Shown in pieces: positions 30,234 through 41,920 of a stretch of DNA of 64,000 bases; position 1 is the stretch's first letter, and every line of letters begins with the position of its first letter. The notes under the pieces were generated by a model. That model was not told where the DNA came from. It searched no databases and worked only from the letters and a program-made list of their open reading frames with translations. The DNA comes from an uncultured Verrucomicrobiae bacterium (lineage in GTDB: Bacteria > Verrucomicrobiota > Verrucomicrobiia > Chthoniobacterales > JAFAMB01), in NCBI GenBank assembly GCA_963762565.1, contig CAVXLD010000003.1, positions 96,001 through 160,000 on the forward strand. The letters are read 5' to 3'. Made by a program: the position numbers and the translations under genes.

Positions 30234-31383
30234 ATGGGCATCGAACCCTTCACTATCCCTTTCTCGCAACCGGCAGTGGACGATCTCCGTGATCGATTAC
30301 GGCGAACACGTTGGCCGGATGAAATCCCAGGAGCCAATTGGGAGTATGGGGTGAACTTAAGCTTTCTGCGGCAGATCTGCGAATACTGGCGAGACCGTTT
30401 CGATTGGAAGGCTCAGGTCGAAAGATTCTCAGCGTTTCATCATTATCGGTACTCGTCAGAAGATCTTGGGATCCACTTCATTTATGAACGGGGTAAAGGC
30501 CCCGCGCCGATCCCGTTGATCCTGACCCATGGGTGGCCTGGATCATTTGTTGAGATGATGCGCATCATTCCATTGTTGACAGACCCGGCCAGCTACGGCG
30601 GGAGGTCGTCAGATGCGTTTGACGTGGTGATTCCGTCGCTACCCGGCTACGGGTTTTCCGACCGGCCAGCTGTTACCGGTGTGAATGTGTTTCGCGTTGC
30701 TGAGTTGTGGACGGGTCTTATGAACGAACTCGGGTATAAGCGTTTTGCCGCCCAGGGAGGGGACCTGGGTGCTGGGGTGAGCACGGCCCTGGGACTGCGT
30801 CACCCTGATCGCGATCATGGCTCTTCATCTGAACTACATTCCCGGTTCTTACCGGCCGTTTCTGGAGCCGAGCGCAAAACTCACTTCAGCAGAAGAAGAG
30901 TTCTTTAAAGTGCTAGGCCACTGGGCGGATGAACGGGGCGCTTACTCCCATGTTCAGCGAACACGACCGCAAACGGCCGCTTACGGGCTGAACGATTCCC
31001 CGGCCGGGTTGGCCGCCTGGATTCTGGAAAAGTTCCGTGAGTGGTCCGATTGCGACGGTGACGTTTACCGCAGATTTACACCGGACGAACTCTTAGCGAA
31101 TATAACACTCTATTGGATGACGCAGACGATTCACTCCTCGTTCCGCCTGTATTTTGAGGGCAGAAAAGCTCCGCTCCAGTTCGGTAAAGGGGAATTCATC
31201 CATGCGCCCACAGCTGTCGCCCATTTTCCCAAAGAACTGCCTTTCCCTCCTCGGGGCTGGATCGAGCGTGGGTACAACGTGCAGCATTGGACCGAGATGC
31301 CTTGCGGAGGCCATTTCGCGGCCGCAGAAGAGCCGGAGCTTCTGGCCGAAGATCTTCGGGCATCCTTTCGCCGGTTTCGGTGA
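30234..31383 (+). pseudogene. epoxide hydrolase (EHN plus alpha/beta hydrolase), frameshifted
   Basis: HGWPGSF and QGGDLG in one frame; HLN..LNDSPAGL..GGHFAAAEEP in another; extra base near 30813. Confidence 0.8.
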
Positions 31384-31384
31384 A

Positions 31385-31439
31385 GGCGGCCCATTTTGAT
31401 CGCAACGAAAGCCACGTTATTTATGGGACAGGACACTAA
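31385..31439 (+). repeat. solo right end of the MITE
   Basis: Matches 30042-30095; shorter or degenerate ends at 12792-12817 and 44600-44650. Confidence 0.85.
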
Positions 31440-31444
31440 TGTTC

Positions 31445-32005
31445 TTAAGCGTCCTTGTGCCAGATTTGGCGGGCAGAGGTTTGGTCTGGTTCTGCGCCGA
31501 GCTTTAGGCTGTAAGCAACCTCTATGGTGTTGCCGTCATCTGTCAGCGCCCTTTTGATAATCAGTTGGCCGTCTTTACCCTGTTTGGTTCTGATCTGATG
31601 AGTCTCGACGAGTTGTCTTTTGTCCTTGGACCAAGTCGTTTTAGCGTTGACGGAAGTCGCTCCCAAGAGTTGTAGGGCGCTTGTGTCACTGCGTCCGTCG
31701 AGGTAAAGGGTCTGATTAAAAGCGAAGGCAGGTCCGCGGGCTTCTATCGTCAGCACGTCGTCACTTTGACGCAAGATGGCCTTAAGCTTGGTCCAGGCGG
31801 CGTATTTTCGGTCGATGAAACTGGCTCCGAGGTGGCTCATCAGCGTGTCGAGTGAACTTGACGCTCTCAAGTCCAGGGTCCAGTTGCCGCTGAAATTGGG
31901 TTTGTCCGATTCAGCCGGCTTGGGTGCAGCGGAAGTGTGTAGTGGGCCGAAAACAACGAGCCAGGCGATAGCGGACAGCGAGCTGAGCAGGAGGTACCTC
32001 ATCAC
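31445..32005 (-). CDS. secreted hypothetical protein
   Basis: Signal peptide; PNFSGNWTLD lipocalin-like first strand. Confidence 0.65.
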   Translation of the reverse strand: MMRYLLLSSLSAIAWLVVFGPLHTSAAPKPAESDKPNFSGNWTLDLRASSSLDTLMSHLGASFIDRKYAAWTKLKAILRQSDDVLTIEARGPAFAFNQTLYLDGRSDTSALQLLGATSVNAKTTWSKDKRQLVETHQIRTKQGKDGQLIIKRALTDDGNTIEVAYSLKLGAEPDQTSARQIWHKDA

Positions 32006-32119
32006 AGGGGGACTTCTCTTCTATCTGATGTGCTAGTGAAAGTAAATGCGCGATTTCACGGCAAAGACAAGCCGCGGATGGACTTAGATATTGCGCAGAT
32101 AGACTCACGCGAAGGCCTC

Positions 32120-32428
32120 CTATTGTTCGATAACCAGGTCGAGATGGAGACAACGTGCGTCGAAGTGCTTTAAGAGTTCCTTCGCCCTTGGGGCGACATG
32201 GGCCGCCTCATAGTCGTCGCCGGCGAACCTGCGAATAGCGTCGACGGAAGAGAAACGGGTTATGGTCACAAATTCGATTTCGTCTCCGACATTGCGCCGG
32301 AGAACGGACACGCCGTGGTAACCGTCGATTTCTTTAAGAGGAGGCAGAAAAGTGGAACGAAGAAACTCTTCGTAGAGATCTGCGTTCTGCTCGTTGGCGG
32401 CCCAGCCGCGCCAAAGTCTCGCGATCAT
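32120..32428 (-). CDS. antibiotic biosynthesis monooxygenase (ABM)-like protein
   Basis: MIARLWRG, FVTITRF, IRRFAGDDYEAA. Confidence 0.8.
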   Translation of the reverse strand: MIARLWRGWAANEQNADLYEEFLRSTFLPPLKEIDGYHGVSVLRRNVGDEIEFVTITRFSSVDAIRRFAGDDYEAAHVAPRAKELLKHFDARCLHLDLVIEQ

Positions 32429-32558
32429 TAGAGGAAGCTAGCCGCGAGCAGGGTAGAAGACAAACGAGTGGGGGGTTGGAGCGGTGGAGTAGTGAAGTGT
32501 TGGAGCGTTGGAGCGTTGGAGTATTGGGTGGCGCGGATCGACCGAACGAGCGCGCGGA

Positions 32559-32827
32559 GCTTTCGCCGTCGGCCAGTTGGCTGTTTTTCAAGGCGCGAGC
32601 GAAGCGCCCATATCTGGTTCATACGGGTCGAGCGAGCAACGAGGAAAAACAGCCAACTGGCCACGGCCCGGAGGGTTGCGATGAAAATGGGCCGGCGGCT
32701 GCGTTGCTCGTAGGTTACGTATCGATCAAGATATGCGCCCTCTACCGCCAGTCCGGCTCGGACCGCCTTGCCGGCGGCCCATTTTGATCGCAACGAAAGC
32801 CATGTTATTTATGGGACAGCACACTAG
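32559..32827. mobile_element. second MITE copy with a truncated left TIR
   Basis: Near-identical to 29845-30096, plus a small insertion. Confidence 0.85.
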
Positions 32828-33199
32828 GTTACTGCTAACGCTCTTAGTAATCTCGTAAGGTTAACCCGCCCCATTTGACCCTCTCGCTTTGTTTGCAAAA
32901 CTGGTCGCAGAAGTCTTTGGCTCAGACCGAGTTTTGGGTATCGTCGGTTGTTAGCATCACCTCCAGGATTCAGTAGCTACTCGTATGGATACGCGCCTTA
33001 ACCTCCGACGGGCGGATCTGCCCGCATACATGGTTAGTTATTGCTGTGGCCCGTTGCTGGTTGTCTGCAACCTCCTTCTGATAGTGGTCCCAGCGACGAG
33101 AGCCGCTAACCAGTTGCCTGCAGTCACGGTTACCGGTCGAGTCACACCCACTCCCACGCCCCATGGCGACGAGCCTCAGCGAGTCGCGCGAGTCGCTCC

Positions 33200-33739
33200 T
33201 CAGCGCGCCGTGGCGCCGAGTTCTCCTAGATGGCGGAGTACGATGCGGTGGGTTTCGGCCGCAAAAGCTTTCAGGTCGGGGTTAGAGCCGCCGATGCTTT
33301 CCTGTTGGAATGCGGCGCCATCAATATGATGGATCTGTTCCATCGCGTGCAGGTAGGCAGCATCGAATGCCGCTCCGGATAACGCGCTTAGTTTATCGAG
33401 ACGCGCCTGAAACTCGGCGTTGAGCGCAGTGGGGAATTCCATGCCGTTGGCTTCCATGATCGATTTTAGTTTGTTGCCCACCAGGGTGTGATCATGTTCC
33501 TCTGTGTTGGCTTGATCCTGGAGGTCCTGGGTTGTGGCTTTAGTTTCAGCAACCTTGGCCAGTTCGATTTCAAACATTCCACCTTGGGAAACCTTGGCGA
33601 CAAACGCTTTATCGGCCGCAGAAAAAGTATTGTCCGCGTAACTCGTGGATGCAGCGGCCACCAGCAGCATGCTGCTGAACGCACAGAAATAAAAACGGGA
33701 ACGGGTCATTGAAAACGTACTAGAATGATTCGCGATCAT
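33200..33739 (-). CDS. DUF4142 family protein
   Basis: DKAFV..GGMFEIELA..DH, LSGAAFDAAYL, LKAFA. Confidence 0.8.
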   Translation of the reverse strand: MIANHSSTFSMTRSRFYFCAFSSMLLVAAASTSYADNTFSAADKAFVAKVSQGGMFEIELAKVAETKATTQDLQDQANTEEHDHTLVGNKLKSIMEANGMEFPTALNAEFQARLDKLSALSGAAFDAAYLHAMEQIHHIDGAAFQQESIGGSNPDLKAFAAETHRIVLRHLGELGATAR

Positions 33740-33850
33740 ACGAAATGAGGGAATAAGTTAGGGGTTAAGGGTCGGGTTCTGATTTTACTTTTACAACACA
33801 CTGGAAAACGATGTTCGTAATGGGAGGCAGGTAGCTCGCCGAGACTCGCC

Positions 33851-33948
33851 AATAGCAAATAGAAAATAGCAAATAGCAAAGGGGCCCTCGAGCTATCCAA
33901 CGCGGTTTAGCGATCGCATTTGCTATTTGCTATCTGCTATTTGCTATT
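33851..33948. repeat. TAGCAAA heptamer inverted array (family C)
   Basis: (tagcaaa)n followed by (tttgcta)n; similar at 47349-47448, half copy at 54049-54070. Confidence 0.8.
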
Positions 33949-33971
33949 CGACGAGCCTCAGCGAGTTGATC

Positions 33972-36263
<2,292 letters not shown>

Positions 36264-36284
36264 TCAGGGAATCCCACTGTTCCA

Positions 36285-36321
36285 ATACATATTTCCCATT
36301 GGGACTATAGGCGTTACCTAT
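36285..36321 (-). promoter_or_regulatory. OxyR-type binding site upstream of katG
   Basis: Minus strand ATAG-N7-CTAT-N7-ATGG-N7-GTAT versus the consensus ATAG-N7-CTAT-N7-ATAG-N7-CTAT. Confidence 0.75.
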
Positions 36322-36330
36322 CGAAGTTCA

Positions 36331-36538
36331 TGGATCCTAAGGCGTACCAGAGGACCAGCGGAGGGACGCGGCATTCACGCTTGCTATGCCGAGTGCGCTG
36401 CGACCTAAGAATGAGCGCAGCGTTTTCTTGTGCCACAACCGCGACGCCCCGACTAATGTGCTACGGCGCTTGAGGTTGCACGTTTGCCGGTCTGGTCACG
36501 CGATCCAGGGCGCCACACCAATGCGGCTCCCCTCCGTC
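36331..36538 (-). repeat. structured ~210-bp element homologous to 56466-56733
   Basis: Shared blocks ggagccgcatt, gaccagacc..caaacgtgcaacctcaa, tcggggcgtcgcggttgtggcaca, cttaggtcgcag and tcctctggtac. Confidence 0.8.
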
Positions 36539-36582
36539 CTCGGCCATGGATGACGACGGATCAATAGACCGACCGAACTGCC

Positions 36583-36951
36583 CTATCTCGCGCTTTTTTT
36601 TGGGGTCAGGCCTTCCTCGAGGTAGGATTTCAGCACCAAAGCACTATTGTGGTCGGTGTCATGCGCGCTGTACAAGAGCGTGATGTCGCCCTGTTGAGCG
36701 GCGTCGAACAATGGTTGGCAGGCAGCCCGGTTACCGGCCAGCTCGGCCCGGTACCGGCGTTGGAATTCTTTCCATTTGGCGGGATCATGGCTGAACCACT
36801 GACGCAGCTCGGTACTAGGCGCTACCTGTTTGCACCAGGCTGTCATATGTAAGGCTTCCTTTTTCATCCCGCGCGGCCAAAGACGTTCCACAAGGAATCG
36901 AGAACCGTCCTCTTTCGCAGGCGGGTCATAGACTCGTTTAATGCTGATCAT
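36583..36951 (-). CDS. DUF488 (YeaO-like) protein
   Basis: MISIKRVYD, LVERLWPRG, APSTELRQWFSHD. Confidence 0.88.
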   Translation of the reverse strand: MISIKRVYDPPAKEDGSRFLVERLWPRGMKKEALHMTAWCKQVAPSTELRQWFSHDPAKWKEFQRRYRAELAGNRAACQPLFDAAQQGDITLLYSAHDTDHNSALVLKSYLEEGLTPKKSAR

Positions 36952-37255
36952 AAGCTTTACTCTTGGTTGGCATTTCAGGTCTGCCGCACGGCCACGAATC
37001 GCTAGCGCCGCCTTGGTTAGTGCACTGCCAGAACTTCTCAGCGCCCTAAAGCAGCTCAAACCCGGTGGGGCCGCAGGGTTCAGATCGGGGAGGGCGCGCG
37101 TCCCCGCGCGCCGCGAAGATGTGCCACGACCCAAAGGCTTATCTACGTTTCGCATTCGCAACATGTCCTCGCCTTCGGTAACAACAGATCGCGAGGACGC
37201 GATCCCTCCCTAACGGTGGGCCTGGCTCAATCCAGGGACGAAGTGGCTTTCACCC

Positions 37256-38278
37256 TCAACCTTCCATCATAAGAACAACGCGGAAGCGAACCTTGCCGCT
37301 GTGCATTTGCTCATAGGCTTCCTTGACGCTGCTAAGAGGAAATTTCTCGATCATGGGATGCACATCGCTCAGCGCACTGAATTCTAAGGTGTCCTGAGAA
37401 TCGTGGGCGGAGCCGGAATACCAGCCCGAGATTCTCCGGCGGCCCATCAATAACGGAAACATGCCCACGGTGAGCGGATCGTTGGGCGCAGCCGGAATCA
37501 AGAGATTGCCATCTATGCCCAATCCAGCAACCACGTCGGAGATCGCCTTAGCGTTGGGAGCGGTCGCCAGGATCACACGCGCGCCGCCGAGCTTCTGCAA
37601 TTCAGCCACCGTATCGAGAGCCGCCGAATCGATGTAATGATGCGCACCGAGTTTTCTCGCGAGCGGTTCCTTGTCCGCGCCACGTCCGAGCGCCACGGTT
37701 TTGAACCCCATTTTGCGAGCGTATTGAATACCAAGATGGCCGAGGCCGCCAATCCCCTGCACAGCAACGACGTCGCCGGGACGCGCGCCGGAGTGACGCA
37801 AGGCGTTAAAGACCGTCACACCCGCGCACATGAATGGTCCAGCTTCTTCGGCCGGTACCTGGTCCGGAATGGCCGCGAGTGCTTCCTGCGGTGCGATCAC
37901 GTATTCGGCGTAGCCCCCATCGTAGTCGATCCCAGTTATCTTGCGATTAACACACATGGTGAAGTCGCCACGCCGGCATTCCTCACAAACGAAGTCGTGG
38001 CCGCCATGCCAGCCGACGCCAACGCGATCGCCAGTTTTCCAGTTCGTGACTCCGGCCCCAGGAGCGTCAACGCGGCCAGCAATTTCGTGCCCTGGCACCC
38101 GCGGATACTGCAGGCCCGGCCAGAAACCATCTTTGACTATCGCATCGCTGTGACAAATGCCACAGGCTTCCACCTTTATTCGCACCTGGCCGGCGCTTGG
38201 TTCGGGAATATCCCGTTCAACCAACTCAAAATCGCCGCCTGCTTTGCTAATCTGCGCCACTGTCATTTTCGTTTTCAT
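37256..38278 (-). CDS. zinc-dependent alcohol dehydrogenase
   Basis: CGICHSD, PGHE, GIGGLG, GKVRFRVVL. Confidence 0.92.
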   Translation of the reverse strand: MKTKMTVAQISKAGGDFELVERDIPEPSAGQVRIKVEACGICHSDAIVKDGFWPGLQYPRVPGHEIAGRVDAPGAGVTNWKTGDRVGVGWHGGHDFVCEECRRGDFTMCVNRKITGIDYDGGYAEYVIAPQEALAAIPDQVPAEEAGPFMCAGVTVFNALRHSGARPGDVVAVQGIGGLGHLGIQYARKMGFKTVALGRGADKEPLARKLGAHHYIDSAALDTVAELQKLGGARVILATAPNAKAISDVVAGLGIDGNLLIPAAPNDPLTVGMFPLLMGRRRISGWYSGSAHDSQDTLEFSALSDVHPMIEKFPLSSVKEAYEQMHSGKVRFRVVLMMEG

Positions 38279-38416
38279 AAGGCTTAGCTTTTCAACCGTG
38301 CTATCTAAGGGTTTGAGAGAAGAGATCGAGTCAACTACTTCATCTTCATCTTGGATCAGCGTGGGGACCAGTCATTTAAGCGGGTAGATCACCATGATAT
38401 GTTTTACTGCATCGCG

Positions 38417-39151
38417 ATGAAGGACGGCGTCCCAAAAAATAAGTTTGGCAACTCTGACCATCGTCCTCCGCCGATGTTCGTCGCAGATCACCTTGGTCTG
38501 GATTTCCTCAACTCGATTGGGACCCCAGTAGAAGTGGTTGTTGAGTGGATTGCCAATGGAGAGGACCTTTTGGCCTGGCTGCTGGAAGCGAAGCTTATCG
38601 ACTCGACCCAAGTGGAGGTTATCCGGGCAAACTCATTCCCGGGGGAACTCAACGAAGTGGCGGCCCAAGCGCGTGCCTTACGCGAATGGTTTCGCGGCTT
38701 TGTTCTCTCACGCAAGGGACGTCCCTTGACCGCCAAAGTATTGAGTCAGCTGGAACCGTTAAATCGGGTACTGGAGCGCGACGAAGGTTACGGAGCAATT
38801 GTCCCTAGATCTGCTGGTCGCGAGAAGCCGCCAGCTTCGTCTGGGTTCGAGTTGCGGCGTCTGCGGCGCTGGGTCACACCGAACGCCTTACTTCTGCCGA
38901 TCGCGGAGGCGCTGGCTGATCTGGTCTGCTCGGAAGATTTCTCTCTGGTGAAAGGATGCGAGGGCAAAATCTGTACCTTCTTATTTCTCGACCGCACGAA
39001 CGGACGTGCCAGACGTTGGTGCAGCATGGCGGTCTGTGGTAACCGGGCAAAACAGGAAGCTCATCGGCAACGCGCCGTAAAGAGACGCAAATCGCCAGCT
39101 AGATCGGGAATGAACACGAAAGCGAAAAGAAAGACTTCAACCGCAGATTAA
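38417..39151 (+). CDS. ABATE / CGNR zinc-finger domain protein
   Basis: LGLDFLNS; CEGKICTFLFLDRT..RRWCSMAVCGNRAK. Confidence 0.9.
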   Translation: MKDGVPKNKFGNSDHRPPPMFVADHLGLDFLNSIGTPVEVVVEWIANGEDLLAWLLEAKLIDSTQVEVIRANSFPGELNEVAAQARALREWFRGFVLSRKGRPLTAKVLSQLEPLNRVLERDEGYGAIVPRSAGREKPPASSGFELRRLRRWVTPNALLLPIAEALADLVCSEDFSLVKGCEGKICTFLFLDRTNGRARRWCSMAVCGNRAKQEAHRQRAVKRRKSPARSGMNTKAKRKTSTAD

Positions 39152-39501
39152 TCCGCCGCCGCTTCGCTATGGCGCGACACAGGCGCAGATGTACGCAGAT
39201 AGGATGCTCGTCGCGCTAATCGATAGAGCGAAACCGGTCGTTGGATCGACGAACGCCGGAAAACGGTAAAGATCCGCAGATTACACAAATTGCGCAGAAT
39301 TCGCTCAGGGGCTGAGTTAGCACCGCGAGTTAAAGGAGAACGTGTCGCTATGACAGACGTATTTTTATCGCCAGGCCATATCAAAGGTCAGAACGAAATC
39401 TGCGTTTATTTGCACCTGTCGCGCCAAAGCGAAGCGGCGGCGGATTCATCTGCGGTTGGGTTTGAGTTTCTTTGTTTTCGTGGTCCCAGAGGCGATCTCT
39501 G

Positions 39502-39550
39502 TAACATTTTTCGGGCCAATAACTGTGTTAATATCATGTAAGAGGTTATT
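39502..39550. promoter_or_regulatory. two overlapping TAAC-N21-GTTA palindromes
   Basis: 39502-39530 and 39520-39548 (the latter extends to AATAAC..GTTATT). Confidence 0.6.
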
Positions 39551-39710
39551 AGACATTAGTGGGCGGGGACGAAAATTCGTAGGTACCAAAATTCGAACCA
39601 CGGTCACTTTGGATTGAGTCAATGCTCGGCTAGATCTGCGGAGCATACGGATCAATCGAGTTAACTTTGGCATGAAAGATGTTGGTGGATTCATGCGTGA
39701 AGATGAACCT

Positions 39711-39743
39711 AATAACCTGTAGAAGATTTCGAGAAAGGTTATT
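39711..39743. promoter_or_regulatory. AATAAC-N21-GTTATT palindrome
   Basis: aataacctgtagaagatttcgagaaaggttatt, upstream of the hydrolase. Confidence 0.65.
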
Positions 39744-39925
39744 GACTGGTCTATCTGGAGCGAGGAGAAGTACCGCTGAGATGAAAACGAATGTGGCTAC
39801 TGAGCTCCTAAGAACAGGATTTCTGAAAAGAGTTGTTCCGGCTGACCGGCGTGGGCGTTTCGGCGACACCAGGGAGGCTCAGACCGTTGTTCGCTCGCAC
39901 AACTGAATCCACTGAACAAACCACC

Positions 39926-40816
39926 ATGAATACATCGAACCTTCCAACCATCGGGCTCCACACTGTCGAGGCCGACGGAATCAAGATCTTTTACCGAGAG
40001 GCAGGACCGGTTGACGGTCCCGTGCTTTTGTTGCTGCACGGTTACCCCACGTCTTCACACATGTTTCGGCATGTGATGCCGCGGTTGGCGTCCTCGTTCC
40101 GGTTGATTGCGCCGGATCTCCCCGGCTTTGGGTTTACCGAGGTGCCGGCTGCGCGGCAATACCAGTACACCTTCGACGATCTCGGGGTCACGATTAACGC
40201 GTTTGTGGAGGCGCTGAACCTGAAGCGCTATGCTATCTACGTGTTCGATTACGGCGCGCCAACCGGCTTTCGCCTTGCTATGGCTCATCCCGAACGGGTT
40301 GCTGCGATCATATCGCAGAACGGAAATGGTTATGTGGAGGGCCTGGGCGACGCTTGGGATCCAATCAAGAAATACTGGAAGGATCCGAGTCCCGCCAATC
40401 GCGAAGTGCTTCGCCAGTTTGTCGGTTTCGAGGGAACGAAGTGGCAGTACGTCCATGGAGTGAGCGATCCATTGTTGGTTGAGCCGGAGGCATACTGGCT
40501 GGATACGGCTCTGCTACAGCGTCCTGGTAACGTCGAAATTCAACTCGACCTTTTCCTGGACTACGCCAGCAATGTAAAGTTGTACTCAACATTCCAGGAA
40601 TACTTCCGTGAATATCAACCGCCGCTGCTGGCCGCCTGGGGAAAAAACGATCCGTTCTTTATTCCGCCTGGCGCCGAGGCATTTCGCCGAGATATCCCGT
40701 CTGCAAAAGTAGTCTTTTACGACACGGGCCATTTCGCGCTGGAAACCCATGTACAGGAGATATCCGATGAAATTCGCTCGTTCTTAAGCGAGCTAGTCCA
40801 GACCGGGAAGTTCTAA
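39926..40816 (+). CDS. alpha/beta hydrolase (epoxide hydrolase/dehalogenase-like)
   Basis: LLHGYPTSSHMF, VFDYGAP, DTGHFALE. Confidence 0.9.
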   Translation: MNTSNLPTIGLHTVEADGIKIFYREAGPVDGPVLLLLHGYPTSSHMFRHVMPRLASSFRLIAPDLPGFGFTEVPAARQYQYTFDDLGVTINAFVEALNLKRYAIYVFDYGAPTGFRLAMAHPERVAAIISQNGNGYVEGLGDAWDPIKKYWKDPSPANREVLRQFVGFEGTKWQYVHGVSDPLLVEPEAYWLDTALLQRPGNVEIQLDLFLDYASNVKLYSTFQEYFREYQPPLLAAWGKNDPFFIPPGAEAFRRDIPSAKVVFYDTGHFALETHVQEISDEIRSFLSELVQTGKF

Positions 40817-40881
40817 GCTTCTGTTTCTGTGCGATTCAGTGATCGCCTCATTGGCGTGACTCAGCTGGCCGGTCTCTCGGT

Positions 40882-41418
40882 ATGCCGGTTCTTGGGTCTA
40901 TTTCGGTGAAAAATCGGCTGGTTATCGAGCGGGTTGTTTCCGAGTTGTATGAACCCGTGTACCGGTTCGCCTTGTCCTTGACCCACAGCGAAGATGACGC
41001 GGCGGATCTCACCCAAGAGGCCTTCTTAAACCTCTGCCAGCGAAACGAGCAAGTGCGGGAACCCGACAAAATCAAGTCCTGGTTATTTACTACCCTTCGT
41101 AGAGCAGTTTTTCAGACGGTGCGCAGACGGCGTTCGCATCGTGAGGTTGAGCTGAACGCAAATGACCAGCCGCAGTCGAGGGATGATCCAACCGGAACGC
41201 TGCCCGTGGATTCCCGTGTGATCCTATGTGCACTATCCGAGCTGGGGGAGGATTATCGGACTGTGCTGGAATTGTTTTATGTCGCGGACCTCTCGTACAG
41301 GGAAATATCAACCACCCTGCAAATACCGATTGGGACGGTCATGTTTCGGCTGTCACGTGCTAAAGAGCAACTGAGAGGCGTTTTAACGAGTGTAGAAGCG
41401 CGCCGGCAGATCAGCTGA
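40882..41418 (+). CDS. ECF RNA polymerase sigma factor
   Basis: DAADLTQEAF, IKSWLF, SYREIS..IGTVMFRLSRAK. Confidence 0.85.
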   Translation: MPVLGSISVKNRLVIERVVSELYEPVYRFALSLTHSEDDAADLTQEAFLNLCQRNEQVREPDKIKSWLFTTLRRAVFQTVRRRRSHREVELNANDQPQSRDDPTGTLPVDSRVILCALSELGEDYRTVLELFYVADLSYREISTTLQIPIGTVMFRLSRAKEQLRGVLTSVEARRQIS

Positions 41419-41475
41419 TTTCCGAAGCCGTCGGTGTTTTGTCAGCTTGAAAGCAGGTTATGGGCGGCTTTGACC

Positions 41476-41508
41476 AATAACTATACGGAACAGCTCGCAA
41501 AGGTTATT
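41476..41508. promoter_or_regulatory. AATAAC-N21-GTTATT palindrome
   Basis: aataactatacggaacagctcgcaaaggttatt. Confidence 0.6.
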
Positions 41509-41734
41509 TCGATTTGTGTTGGGTTGTGAAAACTAATGAGTCGACAAGCTTAGACAAGACTTTGTCCATGTCGGTTCGGAGACACAGTAGACGAAAGTCC
41601 GTAAGTACGAACCGTCGTACGAGTCGGAGCATGGCATCTTGGAGGCATAATCATCTGATACCCAGGCAAAATCGAGCCCGAGGGTATAAGTTGGCATGTA
41701 ATCTGTTGAAGGTTTCTCAGTTTGACACGGATAG

Positions 41735-41767
41735 AGTAACTGTACCAAGTATAATGGAAAAGTTACT
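41735..41767. promoter_or_regulatory. AGTAAC-N21-GTTACT palindrome covering a TATAAT
   Basis: agtaactgtaccaagtataatggaaaagttact, upstream of the hydrolase-SDR pair. Confidence 0.65.
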
Positions 41768-41920
41768 AAAAGAACGATCGATAACGATTCACAGCGACCG
41801 TGCTGGCCACCGGAACCCGTATGAAAACCCCGTTGACATGCGAAGGCGGCGGCGGTCTGGAGCTGGCGAGCGTGTTGTGATTCAGTTTCAGCCTACAACG
41901 GAATAAAGAGTAAACAGAAT

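Noticed and set aside
32985..33329. ORF with a signal-like stretch and LPAVTVTG (TonB-box-like)
   Set aside because: It overlaps the DUF4142 gene antisense; too little evidence
33167..33966. Identical 18-bp direct repeats flanking the DUF4142 gene as possible att sites
   Set aside because: The sequence resembles ends of the family C repeat (cf. 47326-47462); no integrase nearby
41580..41630. Hammerhead-like string gacgaaagtccgtaagtacgaac (also ctgatgagtcc at 23021)
   Set aside because: The CUGANGA and GAAA core elements are not both present with proper stems
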